This document shows positions 36,366-44,694 of a DNA stretch of 64,000 nucleotides, piece after piece. The translations under genes and the position numbers were made by a program. The notes beneath the pieces were generated by a model that worked only from the letters and a program-made list of their open reading frames with translations, had not been told where the DNA came from and did no database searches. How positions within the stretch are numbered: the first letter of the stretch is position 1; the number at the start of each line of letters is the position of its first letter. The stretch comes from an uncultured Pseudomonadota bacterium (GTDB taxonomy: Bacteria; Pseudomonadota; Alphaproteobacteria; Rhizobiales; Xanthobacteraceae): positions 67,414 through 131,413 of the forward strand of contig CAWDUV010000005.1 of assembly GCA_963805535.1 (NCBI GenBank), in the 5' to 3' direction.

Positions 36366-36518
36366 TCCGAGTCAAAGGCCTCGAACCGCGGGCAATACGA
36401 TCTCAAGGACTGGTGGTCGCGCCGCATCACCGGCGAGCACCGGCTGGTCTACCGCGTTTCAGGCAAGGGCGAGGAGCGGACGCTGCAAATCGCGCAATGC
36501 CGCTATCATTACAAATAG
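36366..36518 (+). pseudogene. Remnant of a YoeB/Txe-family type II toxin gene (C-terminal part only)
   Basis: Frame reads ...YDLKDWWSRRITGEHRLVYRVSGKGEERTLQIAQCRYHYK* (TAG 36516-36518). This matches the YoeB C-terminus (..WSRRIT.EHRLVY......L.I..CRYHY). The N-terminal ~35 aa are absent, an upstream piece (..KGLEP..) sits in another frame, and no antitoxin gene is present. Confidence 0.7.
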
Positions 36519-36522
36519 CCGA

Positions 36523-37131
36523 TCAGCGCCGTTCGCGACCGCCGATCAGCACGATTCTGCCGCCCGCGCGCCTGATCTCGCCGGCGCGCTCGAGCGCGGC
36601 GAGCGTGCGGTAGAGCGCCTCGTGCGTCAGGCCGAGCTCGGCGGCAAGTTCCTTGAGCGTGCCGTTCACACGCACGGTGCGGCCGTCGGGGCCCGTATTG
36701 AGCGCGAGATAATGGCGGACGCGCTCGCGCGCGGAACGGATGTCGCGCTGCGCCAGCCGCGTGCGCAGGCTCATCACCTGGCGCGCCAGCATGGCGCCGA
36801 AGGCCTGCGCGGCCTTGGGATCCTTGGCGAAGGCCGCGAGCACCGCCGCTTTCGGATAGACGCGCACGGCGGCATCGCCGGCGGCGACCGCGTCGCAGTG
36901 ATAGGTCGGCGAAAACAGCGAGGCCTCCGCGATTGTTTCGCCGGGGCCGGCGACATAGAGCACGGTCTCGCGGCCCGAGCGGTCGACGCGCGTCAGCCGC
37001 ACGCGGCCGCTCACCACCTCGACCAGGCCGGCGGTCTTGTCGCCGAGATGGAACAGCGGCTCGCCGGCTTTGAGCTTGCGCTCGACGGCGGAGGCGCGCG
37101 CGGCGGCGGGCAGCCAGTCTTTGACGGGCAT
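36523..37131 (-). CDS. Crp/Fnr-family transcriptional regulator
   Basis: MPVKDW... start at ATG 37131. There is a cNMP-binding-like beta-roll (LFHLGDKTAGLVEVVSGRVRLTRVDRSGRETVLYVAGPGETIAEASLF) and a C-terminal HTH (LKELAAELGLTHEALYRTLAALER). No N-terminal Cys cluster is present, so it is not a classical FNR. Confidence 0.8.
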   Translation of the reverse strand: MPVKDWLPAAARASAVERKLKAGEPLFHLGDKTAGLVEVVSGRVRLTRVDRSGRETVLYVAGPGETIAEASLFSPTYHCDAVAAGDAAVRVYPKAAVLAAFAKDPKAAQAFGAMLARQVMSLRTRLAQRDIRSARERVRHYLALNTGPDGRTVRVNGTLKELAAELGLTHEALYRTLAALERAGEIRRAGGRIVLIGGRERR

Positions 37132-37185
37132 GATCGCTACTCCCAGCGGGGCCGTGTTATACAACGGCAGCAAACCCGATCCATC

Positions 37186-38410
37186 ATGCCGAGGCCGGAT
37201 TACTTCGCCATGGCAGACAACGCGCTCAATCCCTACGAACGAGCCATCGTGCGCAACGCCGACTGGTTCATCCGCCGCCAAACGCGCGAGGGCTATATCG
37301 ATGCCGATGGCGACGAGTTCTACGGCATCCGCGGCGACGCGACGCTGGTCGGCCATTCGGTGACGGTGCGCTGCTATGCCGGCGTTCTGACCGCTTCCGA
37401 ACGCTACCTTGATTCCGCCCGCCAATCGCTCTCCTGGCTGGCGGCCCGGCAGGACGAACACGGCGGATGGCGAAACCATTCCGCCTTCACACTCGACGGC
37501 GCGCAATGCGTGTTCGAGGGCTTCAATACTTACGAGAGGGTCACCGGCGACCGCCGCTACCACGACGTGCTGGTGAAAGCCGCCGACCGCATGATCGCGG
37601 GCACGCTGACGCAAGACGGCGGCCTGCAACTCTCCGACATCATCGAGATCGGCGAGTACGCTCATTTCGCGCTGCTCGCCTGGAAGACGACCGGCGAGGC
37701 GCGCTTCAAGCAGGCGGGCGAGCGCATCCTCGCGCATATCGAACGCAATTTCGACGCCACGGAAGGGATGTGGCGACCCTTCGACAGGGCGAAGCTGCGC
37801 AACGACATGCTGGCGCGGATATTGCGTCCGCTGCTGCGCGGCGCGATGACCCACCTGCCGTTACGCGGCCGCCTGGTGGCGCGCGTCTCCGAGCACATGG
37901 CGCCGTTCGCGGTGGGCGACAGCCACCCGCAATACGCCATGAACCTGATGGACGCGGAAGCCTTGCTCGATACGCTTGGACGGCGCGTGCGACTTCCCAA
38001 CCCTCAAGGCGCAGACGCGGGCCGCCATTGCCTGGGCCGAAAGCAATTGCCGCGGACCGTTTGCGGGCAGCCTGGTCGAATCCAAAAAGATGAACGGCAG
38101 GGCGGACGTCTATCCCGTTCCCATCATCAACGACACGCGCACCGCCGCGCTGTGGCCGACGACCTGCCTGCTCATCGCCTATTGCGGCATGAACGACGCG
38201 GCCTACCGGAGCAAGGCGCAAAGCGTCGCCGACTGGATCCTGACCGTGCAGGACGAGCAAGGCGGCTTCAGCAATTTCCAGAATGCCGACGGTTCGAAGC
38301 GGCCGTTGCAGAGCGGCAACGTCAATTTCTACGCGTCGATGGCCTTGTGGCTGTTCAACGAAATCTACCGCGACGGCCGGATCAAGCTCTTTTCGGCGCC
38401 GGCCACATAG
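37186..38410 (+). CDS. Cytoplasmic alpha/alpha-toroid protein with prenyltransferase/terpene-cyclase-like QW motifs; 1-nt insertion-type frameshift at 37976-37979
   Basis: MPRPDYFAMADNALNPYERAIVRNADWFIRRQ...WLAARQDEHGGWRN... is in frame 37186 up to ...NLMDAEALLDT. The continuation LDGACDFPTLKAQTRAAIAWAES...WILTVQDEQGGFSNFQ... is in frame 37976..38410. The repeated Q-D-E-x-G-G-[WF] motif suggests the fold. Confidence 0.55.
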
Positions 38411-38419
38411 GTTCGCGTG

Positions 38420-38947
38420 CTACCACAGCTCGCTCACCGCCGCGCCGTCGAACACCTCGGCGATGCGGGCGCGGGTGGCGCGGCCGGTGTCCTCGGGCAG
38501 GCCGGCGCGCGCGAAGAAGCCGTGCGCGACGATCTCGCGGTTGGGCTTCGGCGGCTGCTCCTGGATGAAGTCGCGCACGATATAGAGCGCGACATGATCG
38601 CGGCGCGACACCCGCTTGTTGAAATAGACCGCGTGCAGGCGCGGCGCCCCGGTCAGGCGGATATTGCCCTCCTCCACCAATTCGCGCGCCAGCGCATCGC
38701 CGATGGTCTCGCCCTTCTCCACCCCGCCGCCGGGCAGGTGCCAGCCCTCCACATAGGAGTGCTTGACCAGGAAGACGCGGCCCTGGCCGTCGATGACCAA
38801 GGCGCGGGCGCCGATCGTCAGGGGCCGCGACCAGCGCCAATAGGCGTGCATGAACGGCCGGATTACCGGCTCCATTCTGCGGCGCAGGCGGCGCGCGCGG
38901 CCTTTCTGGGCGGTCGGTGTCACGGCGGCGTTTTCTCTCTCCGGCAT
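38420..38947 (-). CDS. NUDIX hydrolase
   Basis: NUDIX box GGGVEKGETIGDALARELVEEGNI. The start is at ATG 38947 or ATG 38875. Confidence 0.8.
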   Translation of the reverse strand: MPERENAAVTPTAQKGRARRLRRRMEPVIRPFMHAYWRWSRPLTIGARALVIDGQGRVFLVKHSYVEGWHLPGGGVEKGETIGDALARELVEEGNIRLTGAPRLHAVYFNKRVSRRDHVALYIVRDFIQEQPPKPNREIVAHGFFARAGLPEDTGRATRARIAEVFDGAAVSELW

Positions 38948-39011
38948 TCGCAACGCAGGGCAAGGGCTTACAGGAAACCGCCACGGCCGGCAGTAGACCG
39001 TGACTTTGCAG

Positions 39012-39028
39012 TTTGGAATCGCTCTAAT
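39012..39028. promoter_or_regulatory. ICE-like (iron control element) candidate Irr-binding site upstream of mbfA
   Basis: TTTGGAA-TCG-CTCTAAT matches the Bradyrhizobium ICE consensus TTTAGAA-N3-TTCTAAA at 11/14 positions. It lies 40 bp upstream of the mbfA GTG. Confidence 0.45.
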
Positions 39029-39067
39029 ATATGGAACAGGCGCATCCGGGACCGAAAGGGTTTTTTC

Positions 39068-40027
39068 GTGAAGAATTTCTCCGACCTCACCGAGCAGGAA
39101 GTGCTGGCGCTGGCCATCACCAACGAGGAAGAGGACAGCCGCATCTACCGCGGCTTTGCCGAGGGCCTGCGCGAGCAGTTCCCCGCCTCGGCCAAGGTGT
39201 TCGACGAGATGGCCGAGGAGGAGGTGCACCACCGCACCATGCTCTACGATCTCTATCGCGAGAAATTCGGCGAATATTTGCCGCTGATCCGGCGCCAGGA
39301 CGTCAAGGGCTTTCTGCACCCCAAGCAGCCTTTATGGCTGACGCGGCCGCTCGGCCTCGAGGAGGTGCGCAAGTTCGCCGAGAACATGGAATTCGAAGCC
39401 GAGCGCTACTATCGCAAGGCGGCGGCGAACGCGCGCGACGCATCGGTGCGCCAGCTGCTGGTGGAACTCGCGGAAGCGGAGGCCGGCCACGAGAATTTGG
39501 CGCACAAGCTCTCCAAGGAAATCCTCACCGCGGGCGCGCGCGAGGTGGAAGCCGAGACCGCGCGGCGCATGTTCTTGCTGCAATACGTGCAGCCGGGCCT
39601 GGTCGGACTGATGGACGGCTCGGTGTCGACGCTGGCGCCGTTGTTTGCGGCGGCCTTCGCCACGCACAATACCTGGGCCACCTTCCTGGTGGGCCTGGCG
39701 GCCTCGGTCGGCGCCGGCATTTCCATGGGTTTTGCCGAGGCGCTGTCGGATGACGGCTCGCTCACCGGGCGCGGCTCACCGATCATTCGCGGGCTCGTCA
39801 CCGGCGGCATGACCGCGCTCGGCGGGCTGGGCCATACGCTGCCCTACCTCATTCCGCATTTCTGGACGGCGACCGTGATATCGATCGTCGTGGTCGCGAT
39901 CGAGCTCGCCGCGATTTCCTATATCCGCTACCGCTACATGGACACGCCGATCGTCTCCGCCACCTTCCAGATCGCGTTCGGCGGCGCCCTGGTGTTCATC
40001 GCCGGGATTTTGATCGGGAGTGCGTAG
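39068..40027 (+). CDS. mbfA: Membrane-bound ferritin-like / VIT1-CCC1 iron exporter (MbfA)
   Basis: GTG 39068 gives (M)KNFSDLTEQEVLALAITNEEEDSRIYRGFAEGL.... The N-terminal erythrin/ferritin-like domain has two E-x-x-H motifs (EEEVHH, EAGHE). The C-terminal VIT1 membrane domain reads ...GLMDGSVSTLAPLFAAAF.... Confidence 0.85.
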   Translation: MKNFSDLTEQEVLALAITNEEEDSRIYRGFAEGLREQFPASAKVFDEMAEEEVHHRTMLYDLYREKFGEYLPLIRRQDVKGFLHPKQPLWLTRPLGLEEVRKFAENMEFEAERYYRKAAANARDASVRQLLVELAEAEAGHENLAHKLSKEILTAGAREVEAETARRMFLLQYVQPGLVGLMDGSVSTLAPLFAAAFATHNTWATFLVGLAASVGAGISMGFAEALSDDGSLTGRGSPIIRGLVTGGMTALGGLGHTLPYLIPHFWTATVISIVVVAIELAAISYIRYRYMDTPIVSATFQIAFGGALVFIAGILIGSA

Positions 40028-40034
40028 CAATTCT

Positions 40035-40120
40035 GTCGTCACCGGCTCGTCCCGGTGACCCCGCTTAGGTTGGCGCCGTGCCTTTCTCAGCGAGATTGCC
40101 GGGACAAGCCCGGCAATGAC
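40035..40120. repeat. REP-type palindromes ('gtcaccgg..ccggtgac' and 'gattgccggg..cccggcaatgac')
   Basis: The two hairpins are gtcgtcaccggctcgtcccggtgac and gattgccgggacaagcccggcaatgac. They lie between mbfA and the next gene. Confidence 0.65.
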
Positions 40121-40137
40121 ATGCTTTACCTTGCCGC

Positions 40138-41022
40138 ATGCCCTTCACCCTCGCCCATCTCTCCGATCCGCACCTTGCGCCGCTGCCGGCGCCGCGGCCG
40201 AGCGAGCTCATCGGCAAGCGGCTGACCGGCTATATCAACTGGCAGCGGCGGCGGCGCTTCATCCACGACGCCGGGGTGCTGGCCAAAATCGTCGCCGACC
40301 TGAAGGCGCAGCAGCCCGACCACGTAGCCTTAACCGGCGATCTCGCCAATATCGCGCTGCCGGAGGAATTCACCCGCGGGCGGCAATGGCTGCAAGCGCT
40401 GGGATCGCCGCATGACGTGAGCCTGGTGCCGGGCAATCACGACGCCTATGTGCGCGGCGCGCTGGTTGCGGCGTCGCACGCCTGGGCGCCCTACATGTTC
40501 GGCGACGAGGCGGCCGGCTTTCCCTATCTGCGGCGGCGCGGGCCGCTTTGCTTGATCGGCCTGACGAGCGCGACGCCGACGCCTTGGGGCATGGCCAGCG
40601 GGCGGCTGGGCGGCACGCAGATCGCGGCGCTCGCCGCGATGCTGGCGGCGCTCAAGCGCGAGGACGTGTTCCGCGTCGTGCTGATCCATCATCCGCCGGT
40701 GAGCCAGGCCAAATCGCACAAGCTGTTGCGCGACGCCGGCCCGCTCATGCAGGCGATCGCCGCCCACGGCGCCGAGCTTTTGCTGCACGGCCACGATCAT
40801 CTCGCCATGCTCAATTGGCTTAAAGGTCCTGCCGGCACGCGCGTGCCGGCGGTCGGGGTGCCGTCGGCTTCGGCCGCGCCGGGACAGGCCAAGCATGCGG
40901 CGGCCTATAATCTGTATCGGATCGACGGCACGCGCGGCGCGTGGCGTTGCGAGATGATATCGCGCGGGATCGATGCGGGCGGTGCAGTGAGCGAGCGGAA
41001 CAGGATAGCGCTGGCAGGTTGA
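40138..41022 (+). CDS. Metallophosphoesterase (calcineurin-like)
   Basis: MPFTLAHLSDPHL...VALTGDLAN...VPGNHD...LIHHPP...LHGHDH are the canonical metallophosphoesterase motifs. Confidence 0.85.
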   Translation: MPFTLAHLSDPHLAPLPAPRPSELIGKRLTGYINWQRRRRFIHDAGVLAKIVADLKAQQPDHVALTGDLANIALPEEFTRGRQWLQALGSPHDVSLVPGNHDAYVRGALVAASHAWAPYMFGDEAAGFPYLRRRGPLCLIGLTSATPTPWGMASGRLGGTQIAALAAMLAALKREDVFRVVLIHHPPVSQAKSHKLLRDAGPLMQAIAAHGAELLLHGHDHLAMLNWLKGPAGTRVPAVGVPSASAAPGQAKHAAAYNLYRIDGTRGAWRCEMISRGIDAGGAVSERNRIALAG

Positions 41023-41045
41023 AGGAGCGCAACGCACTCTGCCCC

Positions 41046-41159
41046 GTCATTGCCGGGCTTGACCCGGCAATCCATGATGACGCGCCGCTACAAGAATCTC
41101 TTGTAAGCTCCGCAACACGGCGACCCAGCATGGATGCGCGGGTCAAGCCCGCGCATGAC
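41046..41159. repeat. REP/MITE-like element, 'gtcattgccggg...gcgcatgac' family
   Basis: gtcattgccgggcttgacccggcaatcc ... atggatgcgcgggtcaagcccgcgcatgac. The two-hairpin architecture is the same as at 3468 and 53227. Confidence 0.7.
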
Positions 41160-41184
41160 GCCGAATATGCGGTGACGCAGCACC

Positions 41185-41769
41185 TTACGGATGCGGGCGG
41201 TAGACCATCGCCAGCGCGAACAGCGCGGCCACGCCGACGATCACGCCCAACACGAAACTGCGCAGCGCGCGCCAGCGGCGGTGGCGGCGCTCCTGCTGCA
41301 AAATTTTCTGCGCGGAAGCCTGGCCCATGGCGGCGTCGTCGGCGAGCGCGCGCTCGCGCTCGACCAGCCGGCGCGCCACGTATTTGGTGATCGCCTGCGC
41401 CATCTCGGGCACTTCGTAGGTTTCGGCGAGCACGGTGCGGCCGTAGCGGGTGTCCTGCACGAAACGGTATTGCCGCTTGTCGCGGCCCATCTCGACATGG
41501 GCGATGACGTCGATCCACAGCCGCGGCACGTCGCCGTGGCTGATGCCGCGGTCGAACAATTCGACCGTCGCCGGGACGTCGCGGAACAAAGGCTCGAGCG
41601 CTTCGTCGAGCAATTCGAGCCGCACCACCTCGGCGTCGCGCAGATCGACCACCACGGCCGAGCGCTCGGCCGCCTCGACGCGCGCCTCGCGCACGGCCGC
41701 CTTCAGCGCCGTCGGCGCTTCCGGAGTCTCGGCCTCGGCTTTTTTTCGCCGTCCCCACATGGCCCCCAA
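41185..41769 (-). CDS. Conserved hypothetical protein with a C-terminal TM anchor
   Basis: About 190 aa, protein-like (…LFDRGISHGDVPRLWIDVIAHVEMGRDKRQYRFVQDTRYGRTVLAETYEVPEMAQAITKYVARRL…), with the C-terminal helix SFVLGVIVGVAALFALAMVY. I do not recognise the family, and the start is ambiguous (41769 or 41760). Confidence 0.5.
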   Translation of the reverse strand: MGAMWGRRKKAEAETPEAPTALKAAVREARVEAAERSAVVVDLRDAEVVRLELLDEALEPLFRDVPATVELFDRGISHGDVPRLWIDVIAHVEMGRDKRQYRFVQDTRYGRTVLAETYEVPEMAQAITKYVARRLVERERALADDAAMGQASAQKILQQERRHRRWRALRSFVLGVIVGVAALFALAMVYRPHP

Positions 41770-41863
41770 TCTAGCAATGGCGCGACCCGGCGCAAAGGGG
41801 AAAAATGAGCCTTTTCAATGCATTCGATGGTTAATCGGGGCTTAAAAGCGGCAAGAGTTGCCT

Positions 41864-42604
41864 TTAGACACAGCGCCCGCCGTCCACCTCCATGATGTTG
41901 CCGGTGAGGAATTTGGCGTCGTCGGAGGCGAGAAACAGCGCGGCATCGGCGATGTCCTGCGCGGTGGCGAGCCGCCCGAGCGGCACGGTGGCGATGAATT
42001 TCTCGCGCATGCCGGGCGCGGGGCCGAGGAAAGTCGGCAACAGCGGCGTGTCGGTCGCCACCGGCGCGATGGCCACGACGCGGATCTGGTCGGGCGCGAG
42101 CTCGACGGCCAGCGTCTTGGTGAGGTTATGCACAGCGCCCTTGGTGGCATTGTAGGCCGACAGGCCGGGACGCGGGCGCAGGCCCGCGGTCGAGCCGATA
42201 TTGACGATGACGCCGCCCTTGCCGCGCATCGCCGCCACCGCGGCCTGGCTGAACAGGAACACGCCCTTCACGTTGACGGCGAAGACGCGGTCGAATTCGG
42301 TCTCGTCGATGTCGAGCAGCGGCTTGTTGGCGTGGGCGACGCCGGCATTGTTGACCAGCACGTCAAGAGTGCCGAAGGCCTTCAGCGTCTCGGCGACGGC
42401 GGCGTCGATGTCGCCGCGCCTGGTGACGTCACAACGGATGGCGATGGCAGATTTGCCGATGCGTGTCGCGACTTTCTTGGCGGCCTCGCCGTCGACATCG
42501 ACGACGGCGACTTTCGCGCCCTCGCGCGCATAGGTCTCGGCGATGGCTTCGCCCATGCCGGAGCCACCGCCGGTGACGATCGCTGTCCTGTTCTGCAGAC
42601 GCAT
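41864..42604 (-). CDS. SDR-family oxidoreductase
   Basis: 246 aa with TGGGSGMG (cofactor motif), NNAG, and YNATKGAV (Y-x3-K). Confidence 0.85.
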   Translation of the reverse strand: MRLQNRTAIVTGGGSGMGEAIAETYAREGAKVAVVDVDGEAAKKVATRIGKSAIAIRCDVTRRGDIDAAVAETLKAFGTLDVLVNNAGVAHANKPLLDIDETEFDRVFAVNVKGVFLFSQAAVAAMRGKGGVIVNIGSTAGLRPRPGLSAYNATKGAVHNLTKTLAVELAPDQIRVVAIAPVATDTPLLPTFLGPAPGMREKFIATVPLGRLATAQDIADAALFLASDDAKFLTGNIMEVDGGRCV

Positions 42605-42616
42605 GACTGAACCCTT

Positions 42617-43402
42617 CTATGTTCGCGGCACGACGCCGTAAGGCCGCGCCCAGCCTAATCCGTCCTCGGTGCGCCCGCGCGGGCGGTATTCGGCGCCGAT
42701 CCAGCCCTCATAGCCGAACTTGTCGAGCTCGGAAAAGACGAAGGGGTAGTTGATCTCGCCGTCGTCGTCGGGCTCGTGCCGCACCGGCACCTGCGAGCAC
42801 TGCACGTGGCCGATGATCTTTTGGTGCTTCTCGAAGCGCCTGATCAGATCGCCGCCGACGATCTGCACGTGATAGAAATCGTACTGCAGCCACAAGTTCG
42901 GCCGGTCGACCTTGGCGATCACCTCGGCGGCGTGCTCCACCCAATTGAGAAAATAACCCGGCACGTCGATCGGATTGATGGGCTCGATATAGAGCTTGAC
43001 GTTCTTTGCCGCCGCCAGGTCGGCGGCGCGTTTCAGGTTGTCGACGAACACGGCATCGGCCTTGGCGCGTTCGGCCTCATCGACCTTGCCGGCCAGGCAA
43101 TGAATGGCGCTGGCGCCGACCGAGGTAACGAAAGCGAGCGCCTCGGCGAAGGTTTTTTTCCAGTCGTCCTGGCGGCCGGGCACGGCGCCAAAACCGAATT
43201 CGCCGGCGCCGCCCGTGGGCGTATTGATGCCAAGCGCTTGCACATCGTTGCGCTCGAGCGCGCGCTTGAAGTCGCTCGCCGGCACGCCTTCCGGAAAACG
43301 GCACTCGACCGCCTTAAAGCCGGCCGCGGCGGCGGCATCGATGCGCTGCAGCAGCGGACGATCGGTGAAAAGATAGTCCAGATGAGCGGAAAACCGAGGC
43401 AT
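42617..43402 (-). CDS. Hydroxypyruvate isomerase-like TIM-barrel (xylose isomerase-like) protein
   Basis: 261 aa: MPRFSAHLDYLFTDRPLLQRIDAAAAAGFKAVE...YIEPINPIDVPGYFL...QYDFYHVQI...GHVQ... is a typical Hyi/OtnI-like sequence. Confidence 0.75.
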   Translation of the reverse strand: MPRFSAHLDYLFTDRPLLQRIDAAAAAGFKAVECRFPEGVPASDFKRALERNDVQALGINTPTGGAGEFGFGAVPGRQDDWKKTFAEALAFVTSVGASAIHCLAGKVDEAERAKADAVFVDNLKRAADLAAAKNVKLYIEPINPIDVPGYFLNWVEHAAEVIAKVDRPNLWLQYDFYHVQIVGGDLIRRFEKHQKIIGHVQCSQVPVRHEPDDDGEINYPFVFSELDKFGYEGWIGAEYRPRGRTEDGLGWARPYGVVPRT

Positions 43403-43420
43403 GCAATCCCCAATTTGTTC

Positions 43421-43535
43421 CTCACCTGAGGAGCCACCGTCAGGTGCGCGTCTCGAAGGGTGAGGCCCGCTGTCGTCCTCACCCTTCGAGCCGCCCGCCT
43501 TCGCTCACGCTTCGGCGGAATCTCAGGATGAGGGC
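43421..43535. repeat. REP-type element with perfect 12-bp stem
   Basis: cacctga(43423-29)/tcaggtg(43440-46) and cgaagggtgagg(43454-65)/cctcacccttcg(43477-88), followed by ...ctcaggatgaggg. It lies in the hyi / dehydrogenase divergent intergenic region. Confidence 0.65.
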
Positions 43536-43608
43536 TCAGACTTGCGCGCGGGCGCGCGGACGTATTGATTAGCCGCCCAACCCGCCGAACGCTACCCGGG
43601 AAACGCCA

Positions 43609-44694
43609 ATGTCCGCCAACGCCGCCTTCCACATCGCCGTGCTGCCGGGCGACGGCATCGGGCCGGAGGTGATGGCGCCCGCGCTCGACGTGCTCAGGCG
43701 GGTGGCGGATACGACGCCGAGCCTCGATTTTCGCTTCACGGAGGGCGCGGCCGGGGCCGGCCACTACAAGGAAACCGGCCAATCGATGCCGGAGAGCACG
43801 CTCAAGCTGACGGAAGAAGCCGACGCCATCCTGCTCGGCGCCTGCGGGCTGCCCTCGGTGCGCTACCCCGACAATACCGAGATCATGCCGCAAGTGGAGC
43901 TGCGCTTCATCTTCGATCTCTATGCCGGCGTGCGCCCGGCGCGTCTCATCCCCGGCGTGCCCAGCCCGATCGTCGGGGCGGCCGAGCGCGGCATCGATTT
44001 CGTGCTGATCCGCGAATCGACCGAAGGCCTGTTCGCGTCGATGGGCAAGGGCGTGGTAACCGAGAACGATGCGCGCGAGACGCTGGTGGTCACGCGCGAC
44101 AAGACCGAGCGCCTGTTCGACTTCTCCCTGAAACTTGCCGAGCGGCGCAAGAAACGCGGGAAGCCCGGCCGATTGACGCTGGTCGACAAGGCCAATGTGT
44201 TCAAGGCCTTCAACTGGCAGCGCGCGATCTTCGACGAGCGCAAGGCGAAATTTCCAAACGTCGAAACCGACAAGCTCTATGTCGACGCCTGCGCCGCCAT
44301 GATGGTGCGCAAGCCTTGGGACTTCGACGTCATGGTGATGGAGAACATGTTCGGCGACATCCTTTCCGATCTCGCCGCCGGGCTGATCGGCGGCTTAGGC
44401 ATGGCGCCCTCGGCCGATATCGGCGACACCCACGCGGTGTTCCAGCCCTGCCACGGCACCGCGCCCGACATCATGGGGCAAGGCAAGGCCAATCCGACCG
44501 CCATGATCCTGTCGGCGGCGATGATGCTCGACTGGTTGGCCGACAAGCACGACCATCCGCCGGCGGCGGAGGCCGCCCAGCGCATCGAGCACGCGGTCGA
44601 TGCGGCTTACGCCGGCGGCCTCAAGCCGATGGAATTCGGCGGCGGCGACGGCACCGCGGCCATCGCCGGCGCGGTGCTCAAGGCGCTGGGTTAG
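43609..44694 (+). CDS. Isocitrate/isopropylmalate dehydrogenase-family enzyme (tartrate/D-malate dehydrogenase-like)
   Basis: 361 aa: IAVLPGDGIGPEV...LIRESTEGLF...VDKANV...ENMFGDILSDLAAGLIGGLGMAPSA... are family motifs. Confidence 0.85.
   Translation: MSANAAFHIAVLPGDGIGPEVMAPALDVLRRVADTTPSLDFRFTEGAAGAGHYKETGQSMPESTLKLTEEADAILLGACGLPSVRYPDNTEIMPQVELRFIFDLYAGVRPARLIPGVPSPIVGAAERGIDFVLIRESTEGLFASMGKGVVTENDARETLVVTRDKTERLFDFSLKLAERRKKRGKPGRLTLVDKANVFKAFNWQRAIFDERKAKFPNVETDKLYVDACAAMMVRKPWDFDVMVMENMFGDILSDLAAGLIGGLGMAPSADIGDTHAVFQPCHGTAPDIMGQGKANPTAMILSAAMMLDWLADKHDHPPAAEAAQRIEHAVDAAYAGGLKPMEFGGGDGTAAIAGAVLKALG

Noticed and set aside
44678-44694. A 17-nt convergent overlap between the dehydrogenase and the UPF0104-like membrane protein gene, considered as a regulatory antisense arrangement.
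   Set aside because: Short 3'-3' overlaps are common in compact GC-rich genomes, and no additional structure was seen. The membrane-protein C-terminus could also be shorter if an indel is present.
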